A stretch of DNA of 62,750 nucleotides, counting the filler, from Asterionella formosa (Eukaryota), in assembly GCA_002256025.1 (NCBI GenBank). It is 12 parts of 12 records of this genome, joined end to end, with 100 filler letters (N's around TTAATTAATTAA, not from the genome) between each part and the next. Parts side by side here need not be neighbours in the genome. Positions count along the whole stretch, not along the records: positions 50,549 to 51,987 come from NKIB01002439.1; positions 52,088 to 53,526 come from NKIB01002440.1; positions 53,627 to 55,064 come from NKIB01002441.1; positions 55,165 to 56,602 come from NKIB01002443.1; positions 56,703 to 58,139 come from NKIB01002444.1; positions 58,240 to 59,676 come from NKIB01002445.1; positions 59,777 to 61,213 come from NKIB01002446.1; positions 61,314 to 62,750 come from NKIB01002447.1; 4 more parts are not named here. One strand, given 5' to 3'. The translations under genes were made by a program, and so were the position numbers. The notes under the pieces were generated by a model that was not told the DNA's origin, made no database searches, and was given only the letters and a program-made list of their open reading frames with translations. The first letter of the stretch is position 1. Each line of letters opens with the position of its first letter. This document shows, piece by piece, positions 50,449 to 62,750 of the stretch.

Positions 50449-50548
50449 NNNNNNNNNNNNNNNNNNNNNNNNNNNNNNNNNNNNNNNNNNNNTTAATTAA
50501 TTAANNNNNNNNNNNNNNNNNNNNNNNNNNNNNNNNNNNNNNNNNNNN

Positions 50549-51987
50549 TTCATTGTCGGAAATGTATTGAGCAGCCTTTCTTGCAACCACACCATCCAGC
50601 AGAGCCGTAATCTCCATCTTTCTTGATTTCCATGATTTGCTAGGAAAGTAGCAATGTAGGAACAATAAATCATCTCGTCGCATGTGGCATTCCTTGGCTG
50701 GCCTGTAATCCACCCAGTAATCAGTATGCATAGGACTATCATAAGATGACCCCCTATAGACTTTCGGAGCAACAGAAACAGAGCTTGCTTTCGAGATCAC
50801 TTGAGGTACCAATCTGTCTCCAGGTGCATAGTAGGGATGCAGTGAGACAGTCGGCAGCCATTGAAGCTTGAATACTTTCGCTGGCGAAATGTCGGCTGGA
50901 TTCTCACTCAGAAGAGGGGACTTCATAATTTGCACAGGGTAAGAACAGATTGACGACTTTGTACTTTCCAGTACAACGTCTGGCATTACATTGACAATAG
51001 CAGTCACACTGGCAACCTTCATACAAACTTGTATTTTGCCTTCATTATCGGAAATGTATTCAGCAACCTTTCTTGCAACCACACCATCCAAAATAGCCTT
51101 AATCTCCATCTTTCTTGATTTCCATGATTCACTAGAAAAGTAGCAATGTAGGAACAATAAATCATCTCGTCGCATGTGGCATTCCTTGGCTGGCCTGTAA
51201 TCCACCCAGTAATCAGTATGCATGGGACTATCATAAGATGACCCCCTATAGACTTTCGGAGCAACAGAAACAGAGCTTGCTTTCGAGTTCACTTGAGATA
51301 CCATTCCGTCTCCAGGTGCATAGTAGGGATGCAGTGAGACAGTCGGCAGCCATTGAAGCTTGAATACTTTCGCTGGCGAAATGTCGGCTGGATTCTCACT
51401 CAGAAGAGGGGACTTCATAATTTGCACAGGGTAAGAACAGATTGACGACTTTGTACTTTCCAGTACAACGTCTGGCATTACATTGACAATAGCAGTCACA
51501 CTGGCAACCTTCATACAAACTTGTATTTTGCCTTCATTATCGGAAATGTATTCAGCAATCCATGTCTCAATATTCCCATCCAATTCTCCAAACACTTCCA
51601 CCAACACAGCCCCTGACACAAAACTCAACACTTCCGCCACATCCAACCACAAGATCGACCCATACGCCAACAAGTGCGACAAGAACGAAGCCTCAGACAA
51701 GACGAACACAAACGCAAAGCCAAGCAATTGCACCAACAACGTGGTCCCCGACACATATGCCAACAAGTGCGACAAGAACGAAACCTCCGACAAGACGAAC
51801 ACAAACACAAACCCCAGCAATTGCACCAACAACGTGGTTCCCGACATATATGCCAACAATTGCGACAAGATCGAAACCCCCGACAAGACGAACACAAAAA
51901 CAAACACGTATTCCAACACTTGCACCAACAACGTGGTCCCCGACACATATGCCAACAAGTGCGACAAGAACGAAACCCCCGACAAGA
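50549..51987 (-). repeat. Near-identical variant (allele or paralog) of contig 49010-50448
   Basis: Same length and ends, differing only by scattered substitutions. Confidence 0.9.
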
Positions 51988-52087
51988 NNNNNNNNNNNNN
52001 NNNNNNNNNNNNNNNNNNNNNNNNNNNNNNNTTAATTAATTAANNNNNNNNNNNNNNNNNNNNNNNNNNNNNNNNNNNNNNNNNNNN

Positions 52088-52990
52088 GTCATTGTTCCCA
52101 TTTTGTGATTTGGATACAATCTCGGTCTATATTAATCCCCAGTCAATGAAGATGTTCAACTTCATGGAAAGGTCTTATAGTTGTAAAGTTATGGAATATC
52201 CAGTAGTAGGAACCTATCATTTCAATTTTGTGTATTTATGTGACAACATCACATGATGACCATTTTATGTCGTTTGTCATTGTTCCAAGAATGAGATAAG
52301 GGTTGATTCTCTTTCTTTATTAATGGCGAGTCAAATTAGATGTTCAACATCATGGAAAGGTCTCATTGTTGCAAAGTTATGGAATATCCAGTAGTAGAAA
52401 CCAATCATTTCAATTTTGTGTATTTATGCTGCAACATCACATGCTCACCATTGTTTGGCGTTGGTGATTGTTCCAAGAGTGATATATGGGTATAATATCA
52501 CTCTATATTAATCCCCAGTCAATTTAGATGTTCAACTTCATGGATAGGTCTAATAGTTGTAAAGTTATGGAATATCCAGTACTAGGAACCAATCATTTAA
52601 ATTTTGTGTATTTATGTGGGTTGTCATTGTTCCAAGAATGAGGTAAGTGTATAATCTCATTCTATATTATTGCCCCATCAAATGAGATGTTCAACATCAT
52701 GGAAAGGTCTCATGGTTGTAAAGTTCTTATGGAATATCCAGTAGTAGGAACCTATCATTTCAATTTTGTGTATTTATGCGACAACAATACATGATGACCA
52801 TTTTATGTCGTTTGTCATTGTTCCAAGAAAGAGATATGGATACACTTCCAAACTATTCTAGTCCCCAGTCAATTGAAATGTTCAACATAACGGAACGGTC
52901 TTATGGTTGTAAAGAAATGGTATATCCAGCAGCCAGTAGTAGCCTAGTAGAAACATATCATTTCAATTTTGTGAGTAGATTTTACAACAT
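52088..52990. repeat. Diverged satellite, ~5 copies of a ~160-190-bp unit
   Basis: GATGTTCAAC(T/A)TCATGGAAAGGTCT..T.GTTG.AAAGTTATGGAATATCCAGTAGTAG...ATCATTTCAATTTTGTG recurs at ~52151, 52339, 52527, 52686 and 52877. Confidence 0.88.
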
Positions 52991-55164
52991 GAATGATGAA
53001 CTGGCCCTTTCCATGGCGTTGGGATACTATCTTATTCTATTCTTTTCCAAATGGATGGTACTGTCCATTGTAACGAAAAGACTTAATCATCATACCGTTA
53101 TTAAAGAATCAGTAGCTGGAAAGAAACTTCATCATTGTCATTATTTGCCTGATTTCATATTGTTAAATCCTGCTTTAATTAGTATATTGTAGGTAGATTG
53201 TTTTTAAAAGTTATTTGGAAATGTTGCACTTGCAATTAAACATTATTTCACATTATTTTTCTACCAGAGAAAAAGTAGACGGAGATCAATGAATAGATGA
53301 TAATTTATCAAATCTTGCTATCGTGATGTGAATAGTTTGCAAATGAAGTGGTCCATATATTTTTATATTAAGCAAAGAATAACATAGGTAAATTTTAATG
53401 GATTATTTTCTAGAATTCATCTGCAGGAGCAAGTGTCCTTCCCATCGCTTTTCCTACAATAACATCATTCCAAAAATGACGGTTCATCTTTAGAAAAAGA
53501 ATGGCTTCAAATACAAGTGGTGATGTNNNNNNNNNNNNNNNNNNNNNNNNNNNNNNNNNNNNNNNNNNNNTTAATTAATTAANNNNNNNNNNNNNNNNNN
53601 NNNNNNNNNNNNNNNNNNNNNNNNNNAATATTTATCCCTCAAAAGTGCTTGTTTTTGGTCATCACAACGGCCATTGCAATGGCCATCACTTACCTTCTCT
53701 TATCTTTGTTCCTTAATGTGATCTTGTGGATTGCTTGTTCACTGCTGGTTCAAAAATTGTAACTATGAGATGATGGTTCCTCGAGGGCACTCATTCCAAT
53801 TTAGTTCTTAGCGATTTTAACATTGGTTGTCAAGGCAACGCAAAGCAAACATTTTGAAATTACAAAGAAAAATGCACAGGACATTTGGTCTGAGAAGGAG
53901 GAATGAACCATGACAAGTTTGATGAACCTCAAAACTGCCAAGGAAGATAGTTTATGCTAGAATATAATTTATAACATACATTAGTAAGTAGAAAGGATTA
54001 ATAAGTTCAATTATATAGCAGCATTATGAATCATATGTGGTTGAGAACAAGTATGTTCATTGCTTTGGTCCATCTTTCTTTGTCTACTTCGCAACAATTA
54101 TATTAAAGTATGTATGGCCGTTAGTGGAGACCAAAATGCAATGCATTCAAGATTTAGTTGCCTTTCTTTTTTCCTTCCTCCAAAGATGTTTACAAACAGA
54201 AATTATAGTGGTACATCAAATATGTTGAGCCCACTCAATTTCAGAAATGAATTTGCGTGGGTACATGTTCCTGTTTCAACAAACAATAAAGGAGGACCCA
54301 CATTCCCCATAACATCAATCTTGTATCCTTGATTGATGCATGGCATTCTCTTGTCACCACGAAAATCAATCCTCTCAATTCCAAGACTCTCTTATCAATC
54401 GCATCATTTTAAATTACTTCGAAATGGATCAAATCCTTCTTGTGCTTTTCGTTGAAACCTGTAGATATCTTTCTCCTTTCCTTTTTTTGGTTGAAACTTG
54501 TAGACAGAATTCACCACAGCAAGCTTTTGGCAATTCTGAAAAATCGCCTCTTCATGTTCAGACATGGGCATTGGATTTATGCTGACAGGCAGGGATTACC
54601 TTCATTGCCTTGCTTGTTAGTATTGTTACCATTTGTCGTGTTTCTTTCTATTCGTTCTCCCTTCGTCACTGAAAATCAATTGCAAGTTTCCAACAAGCCC
54701 ATGGAACATGGAACGAATGGTACTACCTGTCACCAAGAACATCTGAGACTCAATGAGGATGGCATTGCTGGTCGATCATAGTTATAGCAAGGAGTTGATG
54801 GTGAAGATCAAACAATGACAAGCAGAGGTATCATCATGGTGAGTGTAGCAATGAAGTGTGAGGCTGTGGCTCCTCAGTGTATGTGGCATGTATTTGTCAA
54901 GAGATTCATGATGGTTTATTATTTACAAGTGGTATGCTCATTCATATATTTAATGAAGAGGAAATGAACGACATCAACTAGGACGACTCTACTTTTATGT
55001 ATTCAAAACAAATATTGGGTTGTGCTAAATTTTACAAATGTAGAACCAGCTACTGGTACAATGGNNNNNNNNNNNNNNNNNNNNNNNNNNNNNNNNNNNN
55101 NNNNNNNNTTAATTAATTAANNNNNNNNNNNNNNNNNNNNNNNNNNNNNNNNNNNNNNNNNNNN

Positions 55165-55699
55165 ATATGGACGATGCGACTACATGAATACCTCGAGAAG
55201 ACAAGCAATCCAACAATCAACCGCATCCGTTAGGCAAAGAATCGCTACTGGCGTCATCGCGGAACTGATTTCGCTTCAAACCGGTCATGATGGACGACGA
55301 TTGGCATGGTGAAAGGTGAATTGCCGGAGTCCACTTTTCAGGAGACGAACAAAAACGAGGTGAATTCTAGATATAAATTATTAAAAATTGGATAGTAGCT
55401 ATATGAAATGGTTTCCTTAAGTAGACCCCTTGCCGATTTCGGCAATCCCAGGGCTGGAAAACCGAGGGGCAATTGGCGTCTGTTGTCTTGCCAAAATGCG
55501 AACATATGAAATATACAAAATATATTTTAATGATGGGCAATATCGGACCTTTGGCAATTTTCGAGGTGAAGATAGGAAATAAACAAAATATATTTTATAT
55601 GATGGGCAATAGTAGGCTAAAATTGACATTTATGCTAAATATGTGGGCAATAGATAAGCGAATGACGCGACGATAGCTAGAGCGGGAATTGCCTCAACA
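55165..55699 (-). mobile_element. LTR (same family as 59800-60359) abutting and interrupting a Gypsy RT
   Basis: Reverse complement of ~59800-60330. Begins TGTTGAGGC at 55699, exactly where the Gypsy RT similarity stops. Confidence 0.75.
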
Positions 55700-56602
55700 A
55701 TTCGCACATGCTGTAGGTGATCGTGAAACGATCCTGAGGTAATAACCAGAAGGTCGTCTAAGTACGTACGTACCCAAGCCAGCCCTGTCATTAAGTTTGA
55801 CATTTTTTCTTGAAAAATGTCCGGGGCACAGTTGATTCCAATTGGTAATCGCTTATATCTATACTTGCCCCAAGAGAAAATTATAGTACATAAGTTTTGT
55901 TCCTCTTTTTTCTAAACGAATTGTATAGTATCCCATGTTAAGGTCTAATGCCGTGAAACCGTTTTCGTTTGATATATTTGCATTAAGCCGGCGAAAGTCC
56001 GAAACTACGCGGACAGTACCTGTTTTTTTTTGCTATAATGAATGTAGGCGCGGCATGTGCCGAGTCGTTAAATTTCTCCAACACGCCTAAATCAAATAAC
56101 CGTTGTATTTCCTTTCGGACGGTCTCCTTGTGGATGACCGGTACTGGGTATGGGTGTGCGTGGTACGGTATTGCCCCAGGGAGTAATTCTATACTTTCTG
56201 GTGCAGTATCGAAATCTCCCAGGGTACCATCGAATTAATGTTTGAAGGATTCGAGCAATACTCGTAATTCTCTCTGTTCGTTTACTACTGGTAACCAGTA
56301 TTCGTTTAATGCGTGAAGTGGCCTCAGTCGTGAGGACACCTTCATTTAAGTTTAACATGACCTCGTGGGCATGTTCTCTACGGAAATTCCTTCCCATGTT
56401 AACTCGTGCCTCGTGAACGAAATGTCGATGGCGAGTGCGCTTAGGAGATCCCGTCCGATAATCATATCGTAGGATGCGTCAGTAGCACATGTTGTGTCGT
56501 CTATGTGACAACTATATTGAATTGTTTTATTCAAGAAGAATTCGGGTAAACTAAATTTAATTAGTCCCTTTTTCTTAGTAACGAAATCGGGGGCGGGGGG
56601 GG
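55700..56602 (-). mobile_element. Ty3/Gypsy pol fragment (protease end and RT), degenerate
   Basis: YDMIIGRDLL; HPYPVP...AAPTFII; VVSDFRRL; ALDLNMGYY; YKRLPIGINCAPDIFQ; TYLDDLLVI. Confidence 0.9.
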
Positions 56603-57199
56603 NNNNNNNNNNNNNNNNNNNNNNNNNNNNNNNNNNNNNNNNNNNNTTAATTAATTAANNNNNNNNNNNNNNNNNNNNNNNNNNNNNNNNNNNNNNNNNN
56701 NNGATGCCGATATTGTCGTGTCGTCGGGAGCCTTCGTCTTGGGGTTGTCCTCCATTAAATTAGTTGTTTTGCAATACTTTTTTAGTACCGGTACGTACTA
56801 TACCATTGGTCGATTGGTGGTTCAATCATACAGGTTGGTAGAGAAAGATCCTCAAATGGAGTCCACTATAATATATAAGCCAAATAAAGGTGCATATACC
56901 GTATATAGGAAAAAGATATTTCATCCCTAACCCTAACCCTAGACTCCTCCATGGTGCATCTGAAGAAAAAATTTATACTGGACAGCCAACAGCTACCTGG
57001 TACCAGCCAGCAGTAAAACCAACAGGGTATGATATTAATTATATAGCACACATTAGTAGAATTAAACATTTGGTAAATGTTTTTCTCTGTGTCCAGTGAT
57101 GAATGGATTTGTTGTGATTTGCACTGCAGCTGTATATATCGTGTTTCCACTTTCCTTTACTAATAAGGGTCATTGAGAAAATCTATTTGTATTCGCAAA

Positions 57200-57875
57200 T
57201 TCTAGTTGCTGTGAGTAAGCAAGTTCTAGTCATAGTCAGCAAATTTTAGCAATTGTCAGCAAATTCTAGTCATTGACAGCAAATCCTAATCATTGTCAGC
57301 AAGTTCTAAACATAGAAAGGCAGGATTGGCTTCCTACCGGAATGTGGATTCTGAAGCTAGAAGACGGTTTGCTGAACCCATTCATCAGTCAGCGAATCCG
57401 AGTTGTGTTCAGAAACGGATTCTGCAAAGTGTCATTGGTCAATAAGAGTAGCTAACATTTTCCTAAATTACATAAGGAATATTATTTTCATCGAAAGCTG
57501 GCCTATCTCGTCCGGCAGCAGGAAGGTCCGGTAATCAGCGAATTGCGCGCACTATAAACTAAACATTCCACGTAGTGGTTTCAACCTACTTCATTGGAAG
57601 TCTGACCGGCTCACCAATTCCGAAATGATGAAAAATCTCAAATTATTTCAATTTATTTAGATGACCTGTAACCGTTATAAAGTTTCAAACGGAAAAGCGC
57701 TGCCACCTTTCACATCAGAATCGTTGACTACCAACTCCAACTTGCTGACTGCGGACTTCTTGTTGCAAACTGCTGACTTGATTTGCTAAAAATTTGAAAT
57801 ATTCGCTGACTGCTGACTTAATTTGCTGACTACTGACATGAAACCACTGACTGCTAACTTCAACTTGCTGACGCC
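57200..57875. repeat. Opposed arrays of GTCAGCAA / TTGCTGAC motifs (probable non-autonomous TIR element)
   Basis: A ~20-bp tandem array at 57218-57309 with G(T/A)CAGCAA(A/G)TT, and reverse-oriented (TT)GCTGAC copies at 57740-57872. Confidence 0.65.
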
Positions 57876-58239
57876 AAGCAACCTACTTTGTTCTTAGGAA
57901 GAGACCATCTACCGGTACCGGTGTACGAGTCGTGTTTACTTTTCATATTTAATAACGATGGAAGCATCTTTTCCTTCTTGGGATACTAAAAGCGATGCCT
58001 TCTACGCTCATGCTATCGGGAGTAACAAAGAGGTACCTGGTACTCCATAGCTACATAATTAAAAACTGTGAAATAGACATTGATGCCTGAAAAAAACATT
58101 GCTATCAACTTCTTCATATTGCTAACACCATGTACTAGTNNNNNNNNNNNNNNNNNNNNNNNNNNNNNNNNNNNNNNNNNNNNTTAATTAATTAANNNNN
58201 NNNNNNNNNNNNNNNNNNNNNNNNNNNNNNNNNNNNNNN

Positions 58240-59676
58240 GTTTTCACCCGCATTGTCACAACGGAGAAACTTGGTAACATACTCAGCCGTTTTGAGTTTA
58301 GTCAACAAATCTTCAATCTTTGAAGCAAGCTGTGACTTCTTCTTAACAAAGAAACTCCAAGATTTTCCGGTGTAGTCGTCAACAACAAGGATCCTATAGT
58401 CGTTTCCTAAAATCGACTTTTTATATGGACCGCTGATATCTGTGCACAAACGTTTGCCCGGCTGAGTTGCCTTGCTCAAAGTCATTTTAGGAATACTTTT
58501 TGCTTTAGCCTTAGCTAGCGCACATGATCCTCCATGTGTATACATCACACCTGTCATTTTGATACCAAGCGATTTCATAGTAGCCCGCCATGCTACTTCC
58601 CCAATATGTCCGTATTTAGCGTGAGCTTCATTAATGTCCATGCTGGTCAATTTCGTTGTGATGACCTCTGCATATAAGATATCACTCCCACCTGGGTAAA
58701 TTCCACGAGTTCCTTGGAAATAGTACAAAACATCCGAGCAAATGATCACGTTTGAAATCTAGCGTCTCAGCTTTTCCCGTTTTTGTCAAAGTCATTTTGT
58801 TGTTCTTCATACCAAGTTCGTATTTACTATCACATACAAAAGTACCAATGCTGATAATATTTTCATGAAAGGTAGGTGTATATAGGACATTCTTAAGCAA
58901 AAGTGTCTCATTGGTCACTTTGTTTTGCACGCAGACATCTCCGCGCTTTTTTTTGCAAATGACTTCTTTACCATCACCTACTTTACCATCGCCTACAACA
59001 ATGCGTACATTTACTGCTTTCACATTTGTCATATACTTATTGCACATAGTGATATGACTGGTTGTGTCTGTATCAGCTAACCAATGTTCATTTTCCTCGC
59101 TTGATGCGCAAATTTTATTCTCACTGGTTTTTATGCTTGCATGATGTGCTTGATTGATCTCTTCATCCACAATTTCAATCGTCACTCCGATAAATGCATA
59201 TTCTGTTTCTTCGCATTTAGTGTAGACCTTTGTGTCTTCAACATATTCATATTCAAAAACTTCTTGTTGTTTTTAGTCAAGTCAATTATTTCAAAATCAT
59301 CATCTGTATCAGACTTTTCTTCATGGATTTCGATCGTTTCAACAATACCAACAAACATTCCAGTTTCTTTCTTTTCCTTTGTTTTCTTTTCTTCAGGACA
59401 ATCCTTAGCAATGTGACCTGCATACTTGTTGCAATTGAATGATTTGACACCTTTGCCTTTCGTTTCTTTGTTTGTGCCTGCTGTATTGTTCTTGGATTGG
59501 CAGTCGGCTGCCTTGTGTCCCTGTTTTCCACAATTCTTGCATAGTCCCTTGAATTTACCATTTGCATACAAAGCAATCTTGTTGGTATTTAAATCCTTGA
59601 ACTTCCTTTTGTAGAATGCACAAAGTTTAGATTTCAAATCTGATAAAGTAATAGTACCCATTCCTTCAATAACAGT
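58240..59676 (-). mobile_element. Ty1/Copia gag-pol fragment (Zn knuckles, protease, GAG-pre-integrase, integrase start), frameshifted
   Basis: CKNCGKQGHKAADC; FNCNKYAGHIAKDC; WLADTDTTSHIT; AHAKYGHIGE; TDISGP...VVDDYTGKSW...LRCDNAGEN. The integrase directly follows the protease (Copia order). Confidence 0.92.
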
Positions 59677-59799
59677 NNNNNNNNNNNNNNNNNNNNNNNN
59701 NNNNNNNNNNNNNNNNNNNNTTAATTAATTAANNNNNNNNNNNNNNNNNNNNNNNNNNNNNNNNNNNNNNNNNNNNCAAGTAGCCGCCGAGAAGGGTAT

Positions 59800-60359
59800 T
59801 GTTGAGGCAATTCCCGCTCTAGCTATCGTCGCGTCATTCGCTTATCTACTGCCCACAAATTTACCATAAATGTCAATTTTAGCCTACTATTGCCCATCAC
59901 ATAAAATATATTTTGTATATTTCCTATCTTCACCTCGAAAATTGCCAAAGGTCCGATATTGCCCATCATTAAAATATATTTTGTATTTTTCATATGTTCG
60001 CATTTTGGCAAGACAACAGACACCAATTGCCCCTCGGTTTTTCAGCCCTGGGATTGCCGAAATCGGCAAGGGGTCTACTTAAGGAAACCATTTTATATAC
60101 TATTCAGATTCTAATAATTTATATCTAGAATTCACCTCGTTTTTGTTCGTCTCCTGAAAAGTGGACTCCGGCAATTCACCTTTCACCATGCCAATCGTCG
60201 TCCATCATGACCGGTTTGAAGCGAAATCAGGTCCGCGATGACGCCAGTAGCGATTCGTTGCCTAACGGATGCGGTTGATTGTTGGATTGCTTGTCTTCTC
60301 GAGGTATTCATGTAGTTGCATTGTCCATATTTCGTCGGACGCACGATGATATCGATACA
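59800..60359 (+). mobile_element. Probable 3' LTR (TG...CA, ~560 bp) preceded by a polypurine tract
   Basis: GAGAAGGGTAT immediately precedes TGTTGAGGC, and similarity to 55165-55699 starts exactly at that TG. The 3' end at ...GATACA is tentative. Confidence 0.65.
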
Positions 60360-61313
60360 TCTGATGTTGGTGGCAAGTTTTTGCTCCGGTCATGTATGTA
60401 ATGATGCCTAACGGATATTCTACCGGTACCGGCAGTCATCTAGTCTACATACGTACGTGGTACTAAAAACAACCATGCATGGTTTAAGCTAAACTTTAAC
60501 GCTTACTTTGAACACGTTATAATTTTATCTCTGTAGACTCGTTATTATTTTTACGAGACCTGAAATGTTGAATTATATCGTTCACATATTCATTGATTTT
60601 ACGTACCGTATGCCCGATTTCGTCCTCACAAATATAGTTCTCACTCTATCTTGCCTGCCTTTGCTCTATTCGGGCTTGCAATAGGCAACGTTCGTCTTTC
60701 TTTTATCCCATCGTCTGCTGCTTGTTATGCTAGTTGAAGCGGATCGGTGAGTACAACAGTGAAATACTGAATGTGGATTGTAGATCGTATTTATCGACTT
60801 TCCGATTTGATTGCTTCCGTGGTTTGTTTTGATCGCTTCCATCGTTGTTTGTCGTTACGCACTGTCGTTTTGTTTCGATTGTACATATCTACATGAGAAC
60901 CAATGCATTTATCAATGACTACTCATTGAAGATGTGGTATTGTGCCGTTGTTGATCGTATTTGTTGATTTGTATAGTCGTTGACAATGTTGTCAATATTG
61001 CCGCCAAGCAATGCATTTCTTGTACTAACGCGCTTTGCTACATTTCTACTGCAAGTTCGTATCAGAAGCTACATGAATACTCAGCTAGAGAGAGTCAATA
61101 GTTCTGGAGCAGCGTGGCGATCACGCTTGCTCAGAATGGAATGATCAGGGTTGCTTGTTTGGTGGGCAGCGGAGAGGAATGACTGTGGCGGAAATACTGC
61201 TACTGGTGTCAGGNNNNNNNNNNNNNNNNNNNNNNNNNNNNNNNNNNNNNNNNNNNNTTAATTAATTAANNNNNNNNNNNNNNNNNNNNNNNNNNNNNNN
61301 NNNNNNNNNNNNN

Positions 61314-62750
61314 TCGCTGGAGGAGGACCTGGAGGATGTAATCGAGTGTTCACATTCACTCGAAAACCCCACCAGTTACCACCAGGAAAGGTTGGATGGT
61401 ATGGCCAAGAAGTTCACTACAACATGTCACCAGGTGGCAGAGGACCTGAACCTCCACCAACGGGTGGCGGGACAAACCCCACCAAGAGTGACAGGACAGG
61501 TACGTCGGGCGATTGAGACCCGAAGGAGGATTTTCCGGGAAACCCGGAGGGCGGAGTCGCGAGGAGACCGTGAAGATGTAGCACGGCTTGGGGACATGTA
61601 CAAGGCTGCCAAAGAGAGGGCGCGGAAGGTGATCCGCCTCTCGGGTAGGCGGGCATGGTATAAGGCAATTAGGGAGGCTCACGTCAATATGCGCGAGAAA
61701 CCTCGCCACTATTGGCGGTGGGCCTCAGCGACTGCAGGATGGCGCCAGAAGAGCAGCATCGCAGGTGTCCAACCGGTCCTTGGCCCGGACGGACGCCTGC
61801 TGACAGCTTTGACTGATATTCATCAGGCCTGGGGAGCGCACTATGCCTCTCTAGCAGCAGATGAAACCGGTCATAGCCAGGAGGCCCAATATTGGGAGAA
61901 ATTTGACCCGCACCCACAGGCAAATGAGGGGATCCGTTCGCTGGACGAACCCTTCACAACCTCCGATATTTGGACTGCCCTGAGGAAGATGAAGAGCCAT
62001 CGTGCTCCGGGCGGTGACGGGATACCCACTGAACTGCTACAGGCATGTTTGGCGGAGGAACGGGCCCTACTTTCCCACCTTCAAAACTATCGGGAAGAGG
62101 AGCCCGCCCCGCCACCATCCGCTCCAATGACGGACTCACTAGGAACCCTACTCAACTTTGCGTATGAGAGGGGACTGGTGGCCCAGTCGTGGGCTGAGTC
62201 ACTGGTCGTCTCAATACCTAAGAAAGGGGACTTGGCTGATATGAACAACTATCGGGGGATTTCGCTCATGGCCACTGTCCTCAAGGTGGTGTGTGTGATC
62301 CTTGGTACCAGGATAAATGTGGAAGCGGAATCTCGAGGGCTGTTTAGCCGAGCCCAGGCTGGCTTTCGCCAGAGAGAGGAATGTGTAACCCAGGTAGCCT
62401 GTGTCATGGAAATCATACAACGCCGGAGGATAGTGGGAGAGCCGACCTACGTGGTATTCGTAGACCTCAAGAAGGCATATGATACGGTGCCCCACGAGGC
62501 GCTCTTTGCGAAACTATCCAGGTTTGGGATCAGGGGACGTTGCCTTGCTTTTCTACGTGCCCTTTATCGCAGCAGTACAATCAGGGTACGAGTGGGGGGT
62601 GGCTTGACTGCCCTGTACTCGGACCCCTGCAGACTGTTGCGAGGTGTGCGGCAGGGTTGCCCTCTTTCGCCTATACTGTTCAACATCTTCATTGATGACT
62701 TGGCAGTGGGGACGGAGGAGAGCGGTGCCCTGGTACCAACTGGGGACAGT
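61314..62750 (+). mobile_element. Intact non-LTR (LINE) ORF2 fragment with reverse transcriptase, open across the whole contig; absent from the supplied ORF track
   Basis: Frame from 61314 has no stop: RAPGGDGIPTE, IPKKGDLADMNNYRGISL, QAGFR, FVDLKKAYDTV, GVRQGCPLSPILFNIFIDDL. Confidence 0.95.

Noticed and set aside
52088..52990. Possible CRISPR or ncRNA array
   Set aside because: The whole unit is repeated and degenerate, with no unique spacers. It is a satellite.
53627..55064. Short ORFs on both strands of this contig
   Set aside because: No recognisable domain, multiple stops; probably decayed TE or intergenic DNA.
23672..61313. Regularly spaced TTAATTAATTAA palindromes in N runs, ~1538-bp periodicity in the last quarter
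   Set aside because: Artificial linkers between size-sorted contigs. The periodicity and cross-linker gene neighbourhoods are not biological.

Overview
Eukaryotic nuclear DNA, most likely a diatom (inferred from protein and TE families, short GT-AG introns and TTAGGG repeats). The window is not contiguous. It is 12 contigs joined by artificial 100-nt N-TTAATTAATTAA-N linkers: two long ones (1-23671 and 25311-48909) and ten of about 1.44 kb, so synteny is valid only within a contig. Host genes: a secreted Reeler-like/mucin protein, ribosomal protein P2, an HMG-box/AT-hook protein, a truncated Cys/Pro-rich repeat surface protein, a small membrane protein, catalase and a long-chain acyl-CoA synthetase (both ending in PTS1 -SKL), SKP1 and GINS PSF3. 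The rest is mostly decayed TEs: a Plavaka/CACTA-like element with a Ulp1-like protease, an RNase H-bearing LINE, DD39D mariner, PIF/Harbinger, Gypsy, Copia, LTRs and MITEs. One GC-rich LINE ORF is intact. Best leads: a TSD-flanked tRNA-derived SINE (41755-41993), a second tRNA-like repeat family with two B-boxes, a tail-to-tail AspRS+PP2C gene-fragment block fused to a Harbinger remnant, a ~400-bp inverted duplication of an ORF, and a ~1-kb tandem unit with a perfect 30-bp hairpin. I cannot demonstrate a wholly new biological system from sequence alone. All family calls are by motif recognition, without database searches.
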